Of a stretch of 64,000 nt of DNA, positions 1 through 11,147 are shown piece after piece. The position numbers and the translations under genes are program-made. Source of the DNA: Octopus sinensis (taxonomy: Eukaryota); assembly GCF_006345805.1 (NCBI RefSeq), contig NC_043003.1, positions 13,702,001-13,766,000 on the forward strand, read 5' to 3'. The notes under the pieces were generated by a model. The model made no database searches. It saw nothing but the letters and a program-made list of their open reading frames with translations, and was not told where the DNA came from. Positions within the stretch are counted from its first letter, which is position 1. Each line of letters begins with the position of its first letter.

Positions 1-334
1 CTGCCAATTCAGTACCTTTTCTGCTATAATATAAAGTAAGATAGATACAATTTAACTACCCTGTTCAACCCAGTTAAATTGCATGTGAATGCTGAATTTT
101 TGTTCATACTCACAATAGCATACACACACACGTGTGTGTGTATATATATATATATCATCATCATTGTTGTTTAAAATCTATCTTCCATGCATGTATGGGT
201 AGGATGGTTGAATGGAGCCGGCCAGGTAGCAAAACTACCCTTGGCTACTCTATCCATGTGAGCAGGGTTTGTGGGTTGGATTTTGATTACTCAAGGAAGG
301 TTTGTATATATATATATATATATATATACAAAAT

Positions 335-540
335 GTGACCTCGTGCATACCGTTGGCGATTTTTTTTCCTCTGTCTTCCCTTCTCGGGATCTTTCCTTCT
401 CCTATGTTTCCGACGAAGAGCTCCACGTGAAACGTTAAACCCTCCTTCTTCCCTTCTTTCCTGAGCATCCAATAATACTATATTTGTTCCACGTCCTCGC
501 GTTGTTGTGTTTTTTTGTGTTTTCTTGTTTCAATTAACTT
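335..540 (+). mobile_element. Penelope-type non-autonomous repeat (family P1) with decayed hammerhead-like motif
   Basis: Flanked by TA-rich microsatellite on both sides; homologous to the reverse complement of 9911-10115; GTTT-CCGACGA-A-GAGC..-GAAAC-GTT-AAAC at 406-440. Confidence 0.5.
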
Positions 541-590
541 TATATACATATATATAGTATATATAACTTACTTTGCAACATCACTAGCAC

Positions 591-772
591 AGGTGGCACG
601 AAAAAGCATCTGGTAAACACTGTAAGGTGATTGGTATTAGGAAGGGCATCAAGCCATATAAAACAAGCAAAAGATGACACAGGAGTTCAGCACAGCCTTG
701 TGGCTTCCTGGATACTGTCAAACCATCTAATCCACATGCCAGCATGGAATATAGACGTTAAATGATGACGAT
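591..772 (+). mobile_element. RTE-tail repeat (family D), diverged
   Basis: AGGAAGGGCATC motif, then CCATGCCAGCATGG and GTTAAATGATGA tail, shared with the LINE 3' end at 12360-12509. Confidence 0.7.
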
Positions 773-787
773 GTATAAATATACATA

Positions 788-1197
788 AGCATAGGAGTGG
801 CTGTGTGGTAAGTAGCTTGCTTACGAACCACATCGTTCCGGGTTAGTCCCACTGTGTGGCACCTTGGGCAAGTGTCTTCTACTATAGCCTCGGGCCGACC
901 AAAGCCTCGTGAGTGGATTTGGTAGACGGAAACTGAAAGAAGCCCGTTGTATATATGTGTGTGTATATGTATGTATGTATGTGTGTATATATGTTTGTGT
1001 GTCTGTGTTTGTCCCCCACAACATCACTTGACAACCGATGCTGGTGTGCTTACGTCCCCCATAACTCAGCGGTTCGGCAAAAGAGACTGATAGAATAAGT
1101 ACTAGGCTTACAAAGAATAAGTCCTGGGTCGATTTGTTCGACTAAAGGCGGTGCTCCAGCAAGGTCACAACCAAATGACTGAAACAAGTAAAAGAGT
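788..1197 (+). mobile_element. tRNA-headed SINE family A, full length
   Basis: Head GGAGTGGCTGTGTGGTAAG..GGTTCCGGGTT(C)AGTCCC (A/B-box-like), core, central (TA/TG)n, 3' tail GTGCTCCAGC..GACTGAAACAAGTAAAAGAG; dozens of related copies in the window. Confidence 0.9.
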
Positions 1198-1317
1198 AGA
1201 GCATATATTTATTTATATACATGCGAGTCTCTAAGTCTGTGAGTATGTGTGTAAACACAATAAAACACATAGGTTTATCTGTTTACAATGTTCCAGTATA
1301 TATACATATATATACAT

Positions 1318-1349
<32 letters not shown>

Positions 1350-1816
1350 TCAAGCTGATACACATCGCCACAAGCTTTACCTTACCCAAATGATTAACCT
1401 TGTTTACTATTCTAATTATTTTAATATTTCCCTCCCTCCATTATGTTCAACATTTGCAGAGAATTGTTTGAACAAGTATTTTATAGCAGCAGGCCTTTCC
1501 TATGCTAACTTACTCGAGTGAAAGTTAAGGTAGTGACTGTAATGTCCGTACATGTGTGTGTGTGTGTGTGTGTACTTTCTATATTGGTATGAGAGAGACT
1601 GCTGTCAGCATATTGCTTTCCTGTGTAAATATAGGCGCAGGTAGGAATATGAATGAGTAACCGGTTATTATTATTATTATTATTTGTCTAGACCTTACTT
1701 AAATGTTTACACGCATTATATACTTTTATATGCATTTCAGCCCTATGGCCGCGGCCATGCGGGAGCACTGTCAGTGATCATATGCGGGTAGATTTTTTAA
1801 GTTCTTTTTAAACGAT

Positions 1817-2468
1817 TATGGCACAGGTGTGTCTGTGTGGGTTAAAAAGTTCGCTTCTCAACCACATGGTTCCCAGTTCAATCCCACACCTTGAACAAGT
1901 GTCTTTATGGCACAGGTGTGTCGGTGTGGTGAAAAAGTTGCTTCTCAACCACATGGTTCCCAGTTCAATCCCACACCGTGGCACCTTGAGCAAGTGTCTT
2001 TATGGCACAGGTGTGTCGGTGTGGTGAAAAAGTTCGCTTCTCCACCACATGGTTCCCAGTTCAGTCCCACACCATGGCACATTGAGCAAGTGTCTTTATG
2101 GCACAGGTGTGTCGGTGTGGTGAAAAAGTTTGCTTCTCAACCACATGGTTCCCAGTTCAGTCCCACACCATGGCACCTTGGGCAAGTGTCTTTTACTATA
2201 ACCCCGGGCTGATTAAAGCCTTGTGAGTTGATTTGGTACACAAAAACTAAAAGAAGCCCATTGTGTGTGTATGTGTTTGCTTTTGTGTCTGTTTGCTCCT
2301 CCGCCATCATTTGAAAACCGGTGTTGGTGTGTTTATGTCCCTTGTAACTTAGCAGTTCCATAAAGCAGCAGGCTTAAAAAAGAAAATAAGTACGGAGATC
2401 GAATCATTCAGCTAATTCCTCAAGGAGGTGCCCCAGTACGGCCACAGTCCAATGAGAGAAACAAGAGA
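1817..2468 (+). mobile_element. SINE-A with four tandem tRNA-like heads
   Basis: Units start with TATGGCACAGG at 1817, 1906, 2001 and 2097 (89, 95, 96 nt); only the fourth continues into the SINE body and tail. Confidence 0.85.
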
Positions 2469-2560
2469 CGTGTGTGTCTGTCTGTCCGTCCGTCCCCATC
2501 CCTGTCCCACCATTGCTTGACAATCAATGTTAGTTTCTTTCCATGTCTGTAACTTATTGG

Positions 2561-2736
2561 TTCAGCACGGTGGGCGAAATGCTTAGCAGTATTTCATCTG
2601 CCTTTACGTTCTGAGTTCAAATTCCACCAAGGTTGATTTTGCCTTTTATCCTTTTGAGGTCGATAAATTAAGTACCAGTTGCATACTGGGTCGATCTAAA
2701 ATTCCCCGCCTTGCGTCTAGAGTAGAAAAGATTATT
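2561..2736 (+). mobile_element. tRNA-headed SINE family B, partial
   Basis: GGCGAAATGCTTAGC..CTGAGTTCAAATTCC..TTTGCCTTT..GTCGATAAATTAAGTACCAG, matching 39907-40141. Confidence 0.8.
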
Positions 2737-3031
2737 TTTTTATAATTTGTATGTATTTATTTTATTATATATAAACGCAAATCAACACCACGGAGGAATT
2801 GACATAAGCTTAGATAATAAACTGTGATAGGTGAACCACAATATGCCGAAGAATTACTGTACTTGAAATCCCACTCAAAATATATCAAGGTAATTTATCA
2901 TCATCATCATCATCATTTTTAACATCTATTTTCCATACTGGCATGGGTTGGACAATTTCTCTGGAAACTGGCAAGCCGGGGAGCTGCATGTGCTTCTTAA
3001 GGCCAACCACTCCAAGACTCTCTCTTTTCTC

Positions 3032-3415
3032 TCTCTTTTACTTGTTTCAGTCATTTGACTGTGGCCATGCTGGAGCACCGCCTTTTTTAGTCGAGCAAAT
3101 CGACCCCAGGACTTATTCTTTGTAAGCCTAGTACTTATTCTATCGGCCACTTTTGCCGAACCGCTAAGTAACGGGGGCATAAACATACCAGCATTGGTTG
3201 TCAAGCGATGTTGGTGGGACAAACACAGACACACACACACATATATATATATGTACGACAGGCTTCTTTCAGTTTCTGTCTAACAAATCCACTCACAAGG
3301 CTTTGGTCGGCCCGAGGCTATAGTAGAAGACACTTGCCCAAGGTGCCACGCGGTGGGACTGAACCCGGAACCGTGTGGTTGGTAAGCAAGCTACTTACCA
3401 CACAGCCACTCCTGT
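3032..3415 (-). mobile_element. SINE-A, full length
   Basis: Reverse complement of the family A head, core and tail. Confidence 0.9.
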
Positions 3416-4193
3416 AGTGGGATTATTTAATAAAAGTCTGAAAATGCATTCTGGTTTCAAACACACTGTCAACAGATGTGAAAATATACTGCTATCGAAG
3501 GCCCCGTCGCAAACCGAGATCTCTGCAAATTACATCATGAACTGCACCACCACTGAAGGTTAATTTTATTAACTCTAACGCTTACGCATATTCCAGCAAA
3601 CACTACATTAGATTAAGCTAACCAAGAACTAAGAAGTGAGGAAGGACAGGAAAATAAAGATGGATAAAAGAGCAGGTATAACAAGCTTTTTTTTAATATA
3701 TTTTTGGTTTCTTTTTGTTTTGATAGCTGACTCACGCCAGTTAACAGGTAACAACAAACTATTGTAATGGTAGTTATAATGTTATACACAGTTAAACAGT
3801 AAATTCAGCTTATAACAGAACTGAAATCACCAATGGTTCACGCTAATATTATACAACATTTATAAATATATAGCAACTGTTAAGCCTAATGCAATCAGCT
3901 AAATAACTAGTTTTACCACACAGTTGATGAGGAGAAATATATATATACATACATATATAGAGATATATTATATATATATATATACACACACACACATACC
4001 TCTTTTCCATCAATTGCAAATTTTTCAACAGTAACACAATTGATTTTACCTATCTATCTCTATCAACACTATGGACTTCTTTTCTACCTCATCATAGTGT
4101 GACCCTATCTACATCTGAACTGTTAGGAAATGTTCACATTCTGGACTTTTCCTGGTTTATATATATATGAGAGGGAGAGAGAGAGAGAGATAG

Positions 4194-4252
<59 letters not shown>

Positions 4253-5264
4253 CCTCTTTTCTATCAATTCAAATTTGAAAACTCCACTAGATTGGACGAA
4301 AGCGCTAATATATGATATATGATTTATAAAAACATGTAACGTACTAATAAATATCTGTAAATATAAAACCATCCAGATTTCTGAGTACCTCATTTCTTCT
4401 AATATATAATACCTGTACATCATCTCCAAACCTTTTAATATATATATATATACATATATACACACACAGATAAACACATAATATAAATATGTGTTAAACT
4501 GATTTGATACTTGGAGAGTACCTGCTTATGCATTTGTTTATAAATTATCATGGTCCAACAATTTTCACACACACACAAACACACACACACAGAGTGAGTG
4601 AGTGTGGGTGGCAAGAGATGTACTATTAACAAAGTTTTCAGTGGCTACTGAGTCAATGGGGTACCTGGAAAACAAGTGAGGATGTTAACAATTGATCATC
4701 TGTCACTGGTGTTGTGTTGCACCCTTAATCACATCAACCTACCTCTAAGTAGATACTGTATGTGGTTTTGATTCCTCCTATGAGCACCAGCTACACTTCT
4801 TTGTTTTAGATAAAGAACACCTGCCCTTCTTACGTGTGTTCAAAGAAGAAAGTCATAAGGTGTGGTCGATCCTTGAGGACTATCTGCCAATCAGTAATAC
4901 CTTTCAATAAAATGAGGCACATTAGACTCTCCTTACCTAGTTATACTGCATAGTACCATCGTGGCCTGCAGGGTACTTCTTTTTCATCTACTCAAAACAT
5001 TACTTATTCTATAGACAAAAGTAGGAACTGGCAAGGAAACTCACATATGCATAGGTGAAGTAGTTCTATGATTAAGAACTTGCACAAGTCAGACGTATTT
5101 GTTGAGGCAGGCTTTTCACAACTGGATGCTTTTCCTATGACCAGACATGTTTTCACAGAAGATTGGAAGCAAAGGACACCACTAGCACAACAGTGACTCA
5201 TCTACAACTATCTCATATTATCAAGGCAAGGAGACTGTAACACACACACACACACACACATTTA

Positions 5265-5462
5265 TGAAGTGGTACTAAAAAATTCTCCATAGGAGGATCG
5301 GTTAATTATGATTTTATTCAACATATTTCCCTCTCAGATTCACACTTATTGCAGTGGCCCTTCAGTTTTTCTAAGTACTGTAGAAGAACTTGAAAGGTTG
5401 GGCATACAACCAGGCCTTTCACGATACCCTTAAAACCAGGAACTTTTCGGCATCCCCTCACA
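5265..5462 (-). mobile_element. Internally deleted mariner element (MITE)
   Basis: TA-flanked; homologous to the reverse complement of 61760-61972, including the transposase C-terminal remnant (LEKLKGHCNKC). Confidence 0.7.
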
Positions 5463-5562
5463 TACACCCATGACAGGTTTCTTTCAGTTTTTGTCAAGCA
5501 CATCCACTCACAAGTATTTGGTAGCCCCCAACACCACCACCACCACCACTAACTGGCTCCTG

Positions 5563-5817
5563 TGCCAGTGGCACGTTAAAAGCATCATCCGAATGTGGTT
5601 GATGCCAGTGCCACCTAACTTGCTCTCGTGCCAGTGGCACATAAAAAGCACCCACTATACTCTTGGAGGGGTTGGCGTTAGGAAGGGCATCCAGCTGTAG
5701 AAACCTTGCCAGATTAGATTGGAGCCTGGCGCAGCCTACTGGCTTGCCAGTCCGCAGTCAAACCATCCAACCCATGCCAGCAAGCAAAACAGATGTTAAA
5801 CGATGATGATGATGATA
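5563..5817 (+). mobile_element. RTE-tail repeat (family D)
   Basis: Two GTGCCAGTGGCAC..AAAAGCA modules, GGCGTTAGGAAGGGCATCCAGC, (GAT)n tail. Confidence 0.8.
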
Positions 5818-6508
5818 TTGTATAAAAACTTGTGTATATGCATGTGTTTATTTATGCATTTAACACAAGACAGTTAAAAAAGAAAAAAAAGGGTTGTGTC
5901 TAAAACATGAACTTCTATATAATATGATTGACAAAAACCCTTAAAGAGGGCACATCAGTAAGGCAGCAGCCCAATAAGTGAAACTAATACAAAAAATACA
6001 TAGATATTGATGGTACACACAAACTACATTATCACCTCTTCCCTATCACCACACTAAAAGCATAATGTCTAGGAAATCAAAATAGAGGGGTTGGACAAAC
6101 ACTTTTGGCATCAGTCATAGTAGGGGGCCAAACAGTACATTCCACTATTCTGCAGGCCTTCTCTACGAACTTCACACATTCTATCCACAATTGTGCTTTC
6201 CACAGCTGGTTTGCTTTGGTTTTGGAATGCCAACATGATCTTAGGCCGTACGTCTCAAAATGTCAACCCTTAGCATGCTGAAGGTACACTGTAGCTGCAG
6301 GTACACTGTGTTGCATTGAGAGGGGAGAAAACTTGTATGGTGACATGATTCACCTTCAGAGTGCTAAAGGTTAAATAATTCAGTAGTTTTAGTGACTGAA
6401 GTTCCCACAATCTGAGCTCTGACTTATTTAAATATATGTAGAGAAAAACGAAATGAAACTATACTGAAATGTACAATGTATACATAATACTTATGTATAC
6501 ATATATAT

Positions 6509-6600
6509 CTGAAAGAAGCGGCCCAGGATAGAACTGACTGGAGGACACTGATCCAACGAGTGACCGAGAGTCGACTTCGATTGAGCGGATAGAGAGAGAA
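6509..6600 (+). mobile_element. RTE-clade (BovB-like) LINE extreme 3' fragment
   Basis: 6509-6592 reads LKEAAQDRTDWRTLIQRVTESRLRLSG*, resembling the BovB/RTE ORF C-terminus pattern (DR..W...V..SR.RL), then a (GA)n tail. Confidence 0.7.
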
Positions 6601-7350
6601 ACATATATACTAAATAGAACAGTTCTGAACTTATAACAAACAGAGAGGAGTGCTTCAATTATTTTGTCCAACCCCTGTATATCAATATTTGTGAACACCA
6701 GCATGACAAGCTGGTATTAACTGATCTCAGGCTCAAATTCAGGTATGTTTTAATGCACTATCTTTAAGCCAGATCGTGGACGGACATCCAATGGCTGCTG
6801 GGTGGGGATATTTTCAAGACTTAAATACAACGAACTCGCTAATCAGAAAGTAGCAACAAATATATACAAGAGACAAAAACAAATGCGGAAACGAAATGAA
6901 ACTGGACTAACCAGTTTACAGGAGAAATGGATGTAATTGGCTTGTAGATGATACGGATGGTGTTCGCTTCGATAAAATAACAGAAGGATGAGATAATTAG
7001 AAATGCTTTCTCTATGCTTTCTGTTTTGAGAAGAGAGGAGTCTGCTTCATAAAGATTTAAACCCAAAGGCTAGCCATTTCTACCTGAAATACCCTATAAC
7101 CACAATACATGTCCTGTTTAATAAATAACTTAAAACTGGAAATATTGATTTGTTTTTTCGCTAAATACAGGTAAGCTCATGCATCAAACCATGCAAATTA
7201 ATATTTTTCTTGTTTTTTTTTTTTTAATTACCAATCTTAGTGAGTGAGAGTCAAGCCAGGTCAACAGTATGGATATATGAACAGAGTGAAATGCTGTGCT
7301 AGTTATAGTGACACACATACATATTAGAAAATAAAGAAATTTTTTTAACC

Positions 7351-7607
7351 ATAGCCTTGTGAGTGGATCTGGTACACAGAAACTGAAAGAAGCCCGTTGT
7401 ATATGTGTGTGCCTGTCTGTCACCCACTACTGTTTGATAACCGATGCTGGTGTGTTTACATCCCCATAACTTAGCAGTTCAGCAAAAGAGACTGATAGAG
7501 TAAATATCAGGCTCAAAAAAAAAAATACTGGGGTTGATGCATTTCACTAAAATTCTTCAAGGCAGTGCCCCAGCTTGGCCGCAGTCTAATGACTGGAACA
7601 AGTAAAG
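7351..7607 (+). mobile_element. SINE-A, 5'-truncated
   Basis: Core (GAGTGGATCTGGTA..GAAACTGAAAGAAGCCCG) plus 3' body and tail. Confidence 0.8.
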
Positions 7608-8075
7608 GGGTAAGCAAGAATAGATATCAACTTGTTCCCTTGTATAATGACTAACAATCAGCAAAGCAACAGCTTACAACAACTTATAAACAGCTTGCTA
7701 TGTCATGGGTAAATGATTTTGGTATTGGATATTACCATTTTCATGTTAAAAACATGTCAGAGCTAGAATTTTCAATGAGACGTCCAAGAGAGGCTCAAGT
7801 GAGGCGAGGATGCCAAACTAAGAACTTAAGCTCTTCCCCCTGGGTTAAATATTTGCTACATCGACAATATTAAATGTTCAAAGCAGCTTTTAAAAAAAGA
7901 GTGTTGCTATTTCAACTTCGCGGATAAATACTTTACCAATTGCATCATTATTGCATTTGATGCATGTGCGCGCACACATATTATATATATATATATATAT
8001 GTAATTATCATGGTAGTAAATGCAATGTAAACTATTTTGACTATATTTTAAGATACACTTAGGTTTTAGAAGCTT

Positions 8076-8463
8076 CTAGCAGTATCGCCCGGCGTTGCTC
8101 GGGTTTGTAAGGGAAATAACTATATAAGCATTTTTAGAGAGTTATAGCCAAAAAATAGCAAAAAAATGCATTAAAAATGGGGAAAAAATTATGGTAAATT
8201 TTTTTTTAAATCGTTGACTCATCGTAGACATTTTTAGAGAGTTACTTCCCTTATATAATAGCGAAAAAATGCATTCAAATGGAAAAATTTTTTTTTAAAA
8301 TCGTAGACTCATCGTAGATGCGCGCTAATACCCAGAAGTGCTCGATATGAATCACGACTATAAGATATCCGGTTTTAGTTAAACTGCACCGCAAAATGTG
8401 GGAGTAGTTAGGAATCTAAATCGTAGGAGACAGACACACAACCTTACTTTTATATATAAAGAT
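8076..8463 (+). mobile_element. Non-autonomous Helitron/Helentron-like element
   Basis: Starts CTAGCAGTATCGCCCGGCGTTGCTCGGG; internal ~100-nt tandem duplication; ends ACAGACACAC..CTTTTATATATAAAGAT, the layout of Lep1/HINE-type elements (from recall). Confidence 0.55.
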
Positions 8464-8515
8464 ATCCACAAATGTTTTATGCATAAATGCACACACCCCT
8501 ACACACAAACGTATA

Positions 8516-8712
8516 CTATCTTCCATCGTCATCGTAATCATCATGGTAATGAAGTCTTTTATGTGAATTCGACTCATCGTATAGATTGCTAGGCAATGCA
8601 AAGGGTAACACATCAGCTTCTGGAGCAGGTGTAAATTTGAATTTTGCTGACAATTCTAGTTTAATTGCTTCGCTTTCTGTTCTATGAATAATAGCTGCTA
8701 TGGAGCTGAAAG
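8516..8712 (-). CDS. Candidate terminal exon of an unidentified gene (FSSIAAIIHRTESEAIKLELSAKFKFTPAPEADVLPFALPSNLYDESNSHKRLHYHDDYDDDGR*)
   Basis: Unique sequence, 64 open codons after a CTTCAG acceptor, protein-like composition; no homolog recognised. Confidence 0.25.
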
Positions 8713-9594
8713 CTGAAGATGCACAGTATTACAGACAATTCTAAGAGCTTTAGTCCTACGAATAACATTGATTTATTTAATTAAAGAAGAGAAAGAAAAA
8801 AAAAAGACAGAAAAAGTTTTAGTCTGAAGCAAAAGGATTTATGAAACTGTCTATACAAACAAGAAGGCAGAGAGTAATTTACATTTTATTAACTTTAATG
8901 CTTTTATATTAGTTTTCCATCCAAATGGGTTGAATGGTTATGCAAATTTTAATAAAAGCATAAGTTGATGGGTCATGTATTTCTACATAGTAATGTTCTC
9001 TATAATGTCATTTAATTATAAAATATCAATAACTTAATTAGCCTACCCAAAGACCATGTTGGGATGCATACCACATCATCATCATCATTTAATGTCTGTT
9101 TTCCAGGTTGGCATGGGTTGGATGGTTTGACAAGAGCTGACAAGGATGGGAGCTGCATCAGGCTTTATACAGCTGGATGCCTTTCCTAACACCAACAACT
9201 CTACAAGGTGTAATGGGTGCTTTTTACATGGCACCAGCACCAACAGGGTCATCAAGTATCTTGCAAGACAAAATCCCTTGACTGGGAATGGAAAGTGTGG
9301 CTTTGTGCTAGTTGAGAGATTAAAAGTATAGAGCAGTGTGTCTCAACCGAGATTCCGCAAGAAATAGTGAGATAAGCTAATGCTAATTTCATGATCATAA
9401 TATTACTATAAATGCACAACATTCTACCAAATATATACATTTTATTTATTATTTTGTACATTACTTAATCATTGTTATATGTTTTATATTATATTTAATC
9501 TTTCTATAATATGTAATTTTCTAAATGGTATAATTTAATTTTTCATTATTGAATTGATAAAAGGTGGTTTTTTTTCTAATTTATATATATATAT

Positions 9595-9880
9595 GAAAGA
9601 ATGGAGTTGAACGACGATTTAACAAAATTCCTTTATTTTCAACATATGTTTCGAAGGCTGCATATTCCTAATTGTGAAGGAATAAGGAGTATCTTATGCC
9701 GCTTTCTCATCAGGAAAAGCAAGGAACTTATGACAACATCATTCTTTAATATATTTATATTTAAAAAAAAACATACAAATTTCCACACGAAAGCACGTAA
9801 CTTCAAACGTGTCTTCTCTGATGTGAATTTGCTACCAAGGTATCGGTTAACCGAATTATCCATAACAAGATAATTCATTC
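9595..9880 (-). mobile_element. Penelope-type non-autonomous repeat (family P2)
   Basis: Lies between (TA)n tracts and carries the hammerhead fold at 9628-9726. Confidence 0.5.
9628..9726 (-). ncRNA. Type I hammerhead ribozyme-like motif, intact core
   Basis: Minus strand: TTCCTT-gc-TTTTC / CTGATGA / GAA..long stem II..TTC / GAAAC-ATAT-GTT / GAAAA-ta-AAGGAA; all core nucleotides present, palindromic helix III. Confidence 0.7.
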
Positions 9881-9910
9881 AACTACTCAAATATATATAT
9901 ATATATATAT

Positions 9911-10115
9911 AGTAAATCCCTAAAACCTAAGAACACGAGAAAAAAAAACAACAATGCAAGGACGTGGTACATGCAAAGTATTAGCAGACACTGAGTGAAG
10001 GAAAGGAAGGTGGTTTTGTTTTGAGCAAAGCTCTTCATCAGAAACAGGAGACAGAGGAAAGTCCTAAAGAAAAGGAACGGAGGAAACAGAATCACCAACG
10101 ATTCACATGTGGTTT
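9911..10115 (-). mobile_element. Family P1 repeat, second copy
   Basis: Reverse-complement homolog of 335-540, flanked by (TA)n; CTGATGA-A-GAGC-TTT-GCTC-AAAAC at 10018-10041 (minus). Confidence 0.5.
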
Positions 10116-10261
10116 TATATATATATATATCTATATATATATATAATTTTATCAGATGCAGGTGTGCATCATTAACCAGCTAGAGGAGATGTCATCTTGG
10201 GGTTAAAAAATCGCAGTAAAAAGCGGTCCTTAACAAAGGAAATACCAGTAAGTCAAAAGTG

Positions 10262-10552
10262 ATACTTGGTAGATCTCTATCTTCCCTCTCACCTTCAAAC
10301 GGGTGAAATGTCCTTCCTTAGCCATAGGCTCAAAATGGCCAGTTACTTAGACTCTGAGGCATATATATATACCCTCCTGGAGGGGATGCTAGTCCATCGC
10401 AGGATTATAAATTTTTGCCAGCAGAGTAAACTGAAGCAATGTGAAATGAAGTGTTTTGCTCAAAAACACAACATACCACCTGGTCCAGGAATTGAAACCA
10501 CAATCTTACGTTCACGAGTGCAACACCCTAACTAGTAAGCTATGTACTTCCA
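10262..10552 (-). mobile_element. tRNA-headed SINE family C, diverged
   Basis: Minus strand tRNA-like head (TAGTTAGGGTG..GGTTTCAATTCC), then TTGTGTTTTTGAGCAAAACACTTCATTTCAC core as in 27596-27853. Confidence 0.7.
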
Positions 10553-10854
10553 TGACAGAGTAACTACCAGATTTAAAAAAAATTAGTACTGAGGGTGAGG
10601 AATTTGACTAAACCAAGTTGGTGCCCCAGCATGGCCATAATTCAATTACTGAAACAAATGAAAGATCAAACCATATGGAACCAAACAGCAGGGGCCCAAG
10701 ATAGCATTTTGATCAATTAGACAGTGGCTATTATATTCAGCATTTTCAACAACAGTCAGATATTAATGAGAAATTAATATCTTTGATATAAAATATACAA
10801 CATTAACATTGAACTGAAGTAACAAACACACAACAAATGGCAACTTTTCATAGT

Positions 10855-10891
<37 letters not shown>

Positions 10892-10904
10892 ATTTCAACA
10901 GCAG

Positions 10905-11082
10905 ATTTTAGGGAGGGGTTAAGTCGATTTCATTGCCCCTGGTGCTCAACTTGTATGTATTTTATCAACCCTGAAAGGATGAAAGACAAAGTCAACCCTA
11001 GCGGAATTTGAACTCAGAACACGAAGACGGATGGAATACTGCAAAGCATTTTGCCTGGCATGCTTACAATTCTGCCCGCTTA
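10905..11082 (-). mobile_element. SINE-B
   Basis: Reverse complement of the family B head and core. Confidence 0.8.
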
Positions 11083-11083
11083 T

Positions 11084-11145
<62 letters not shown>

Positions 11146-11147
<2 letters not shown>

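Noticed and set aside
821-1027. Recurrent ORFs such as RASFSFRLPNPLTRLWSARGYSRRHLPKVP
   Set aside because: Chance frames of SINE-A repeated in many copies; not a gene family.
1817-2190. CRISPR-like array
   Set aside because: The units are tandem SINE heads with no unique spacers; eukaryotic context and no cas genes.
3492-3552. Minus-strand terminal exon GGAVHDVICRDLGLRRGLR*
   Set aside because: Short, weak pyrimidine tract, no recognisable homolog.
4810-4914. Plus-strand exon DKEHLPFLRVFKEESHK(VWSILEDYLPI)
   Set aside because: Good acceptor but weak donor, no partner exon or homolog; could be an old repeat.
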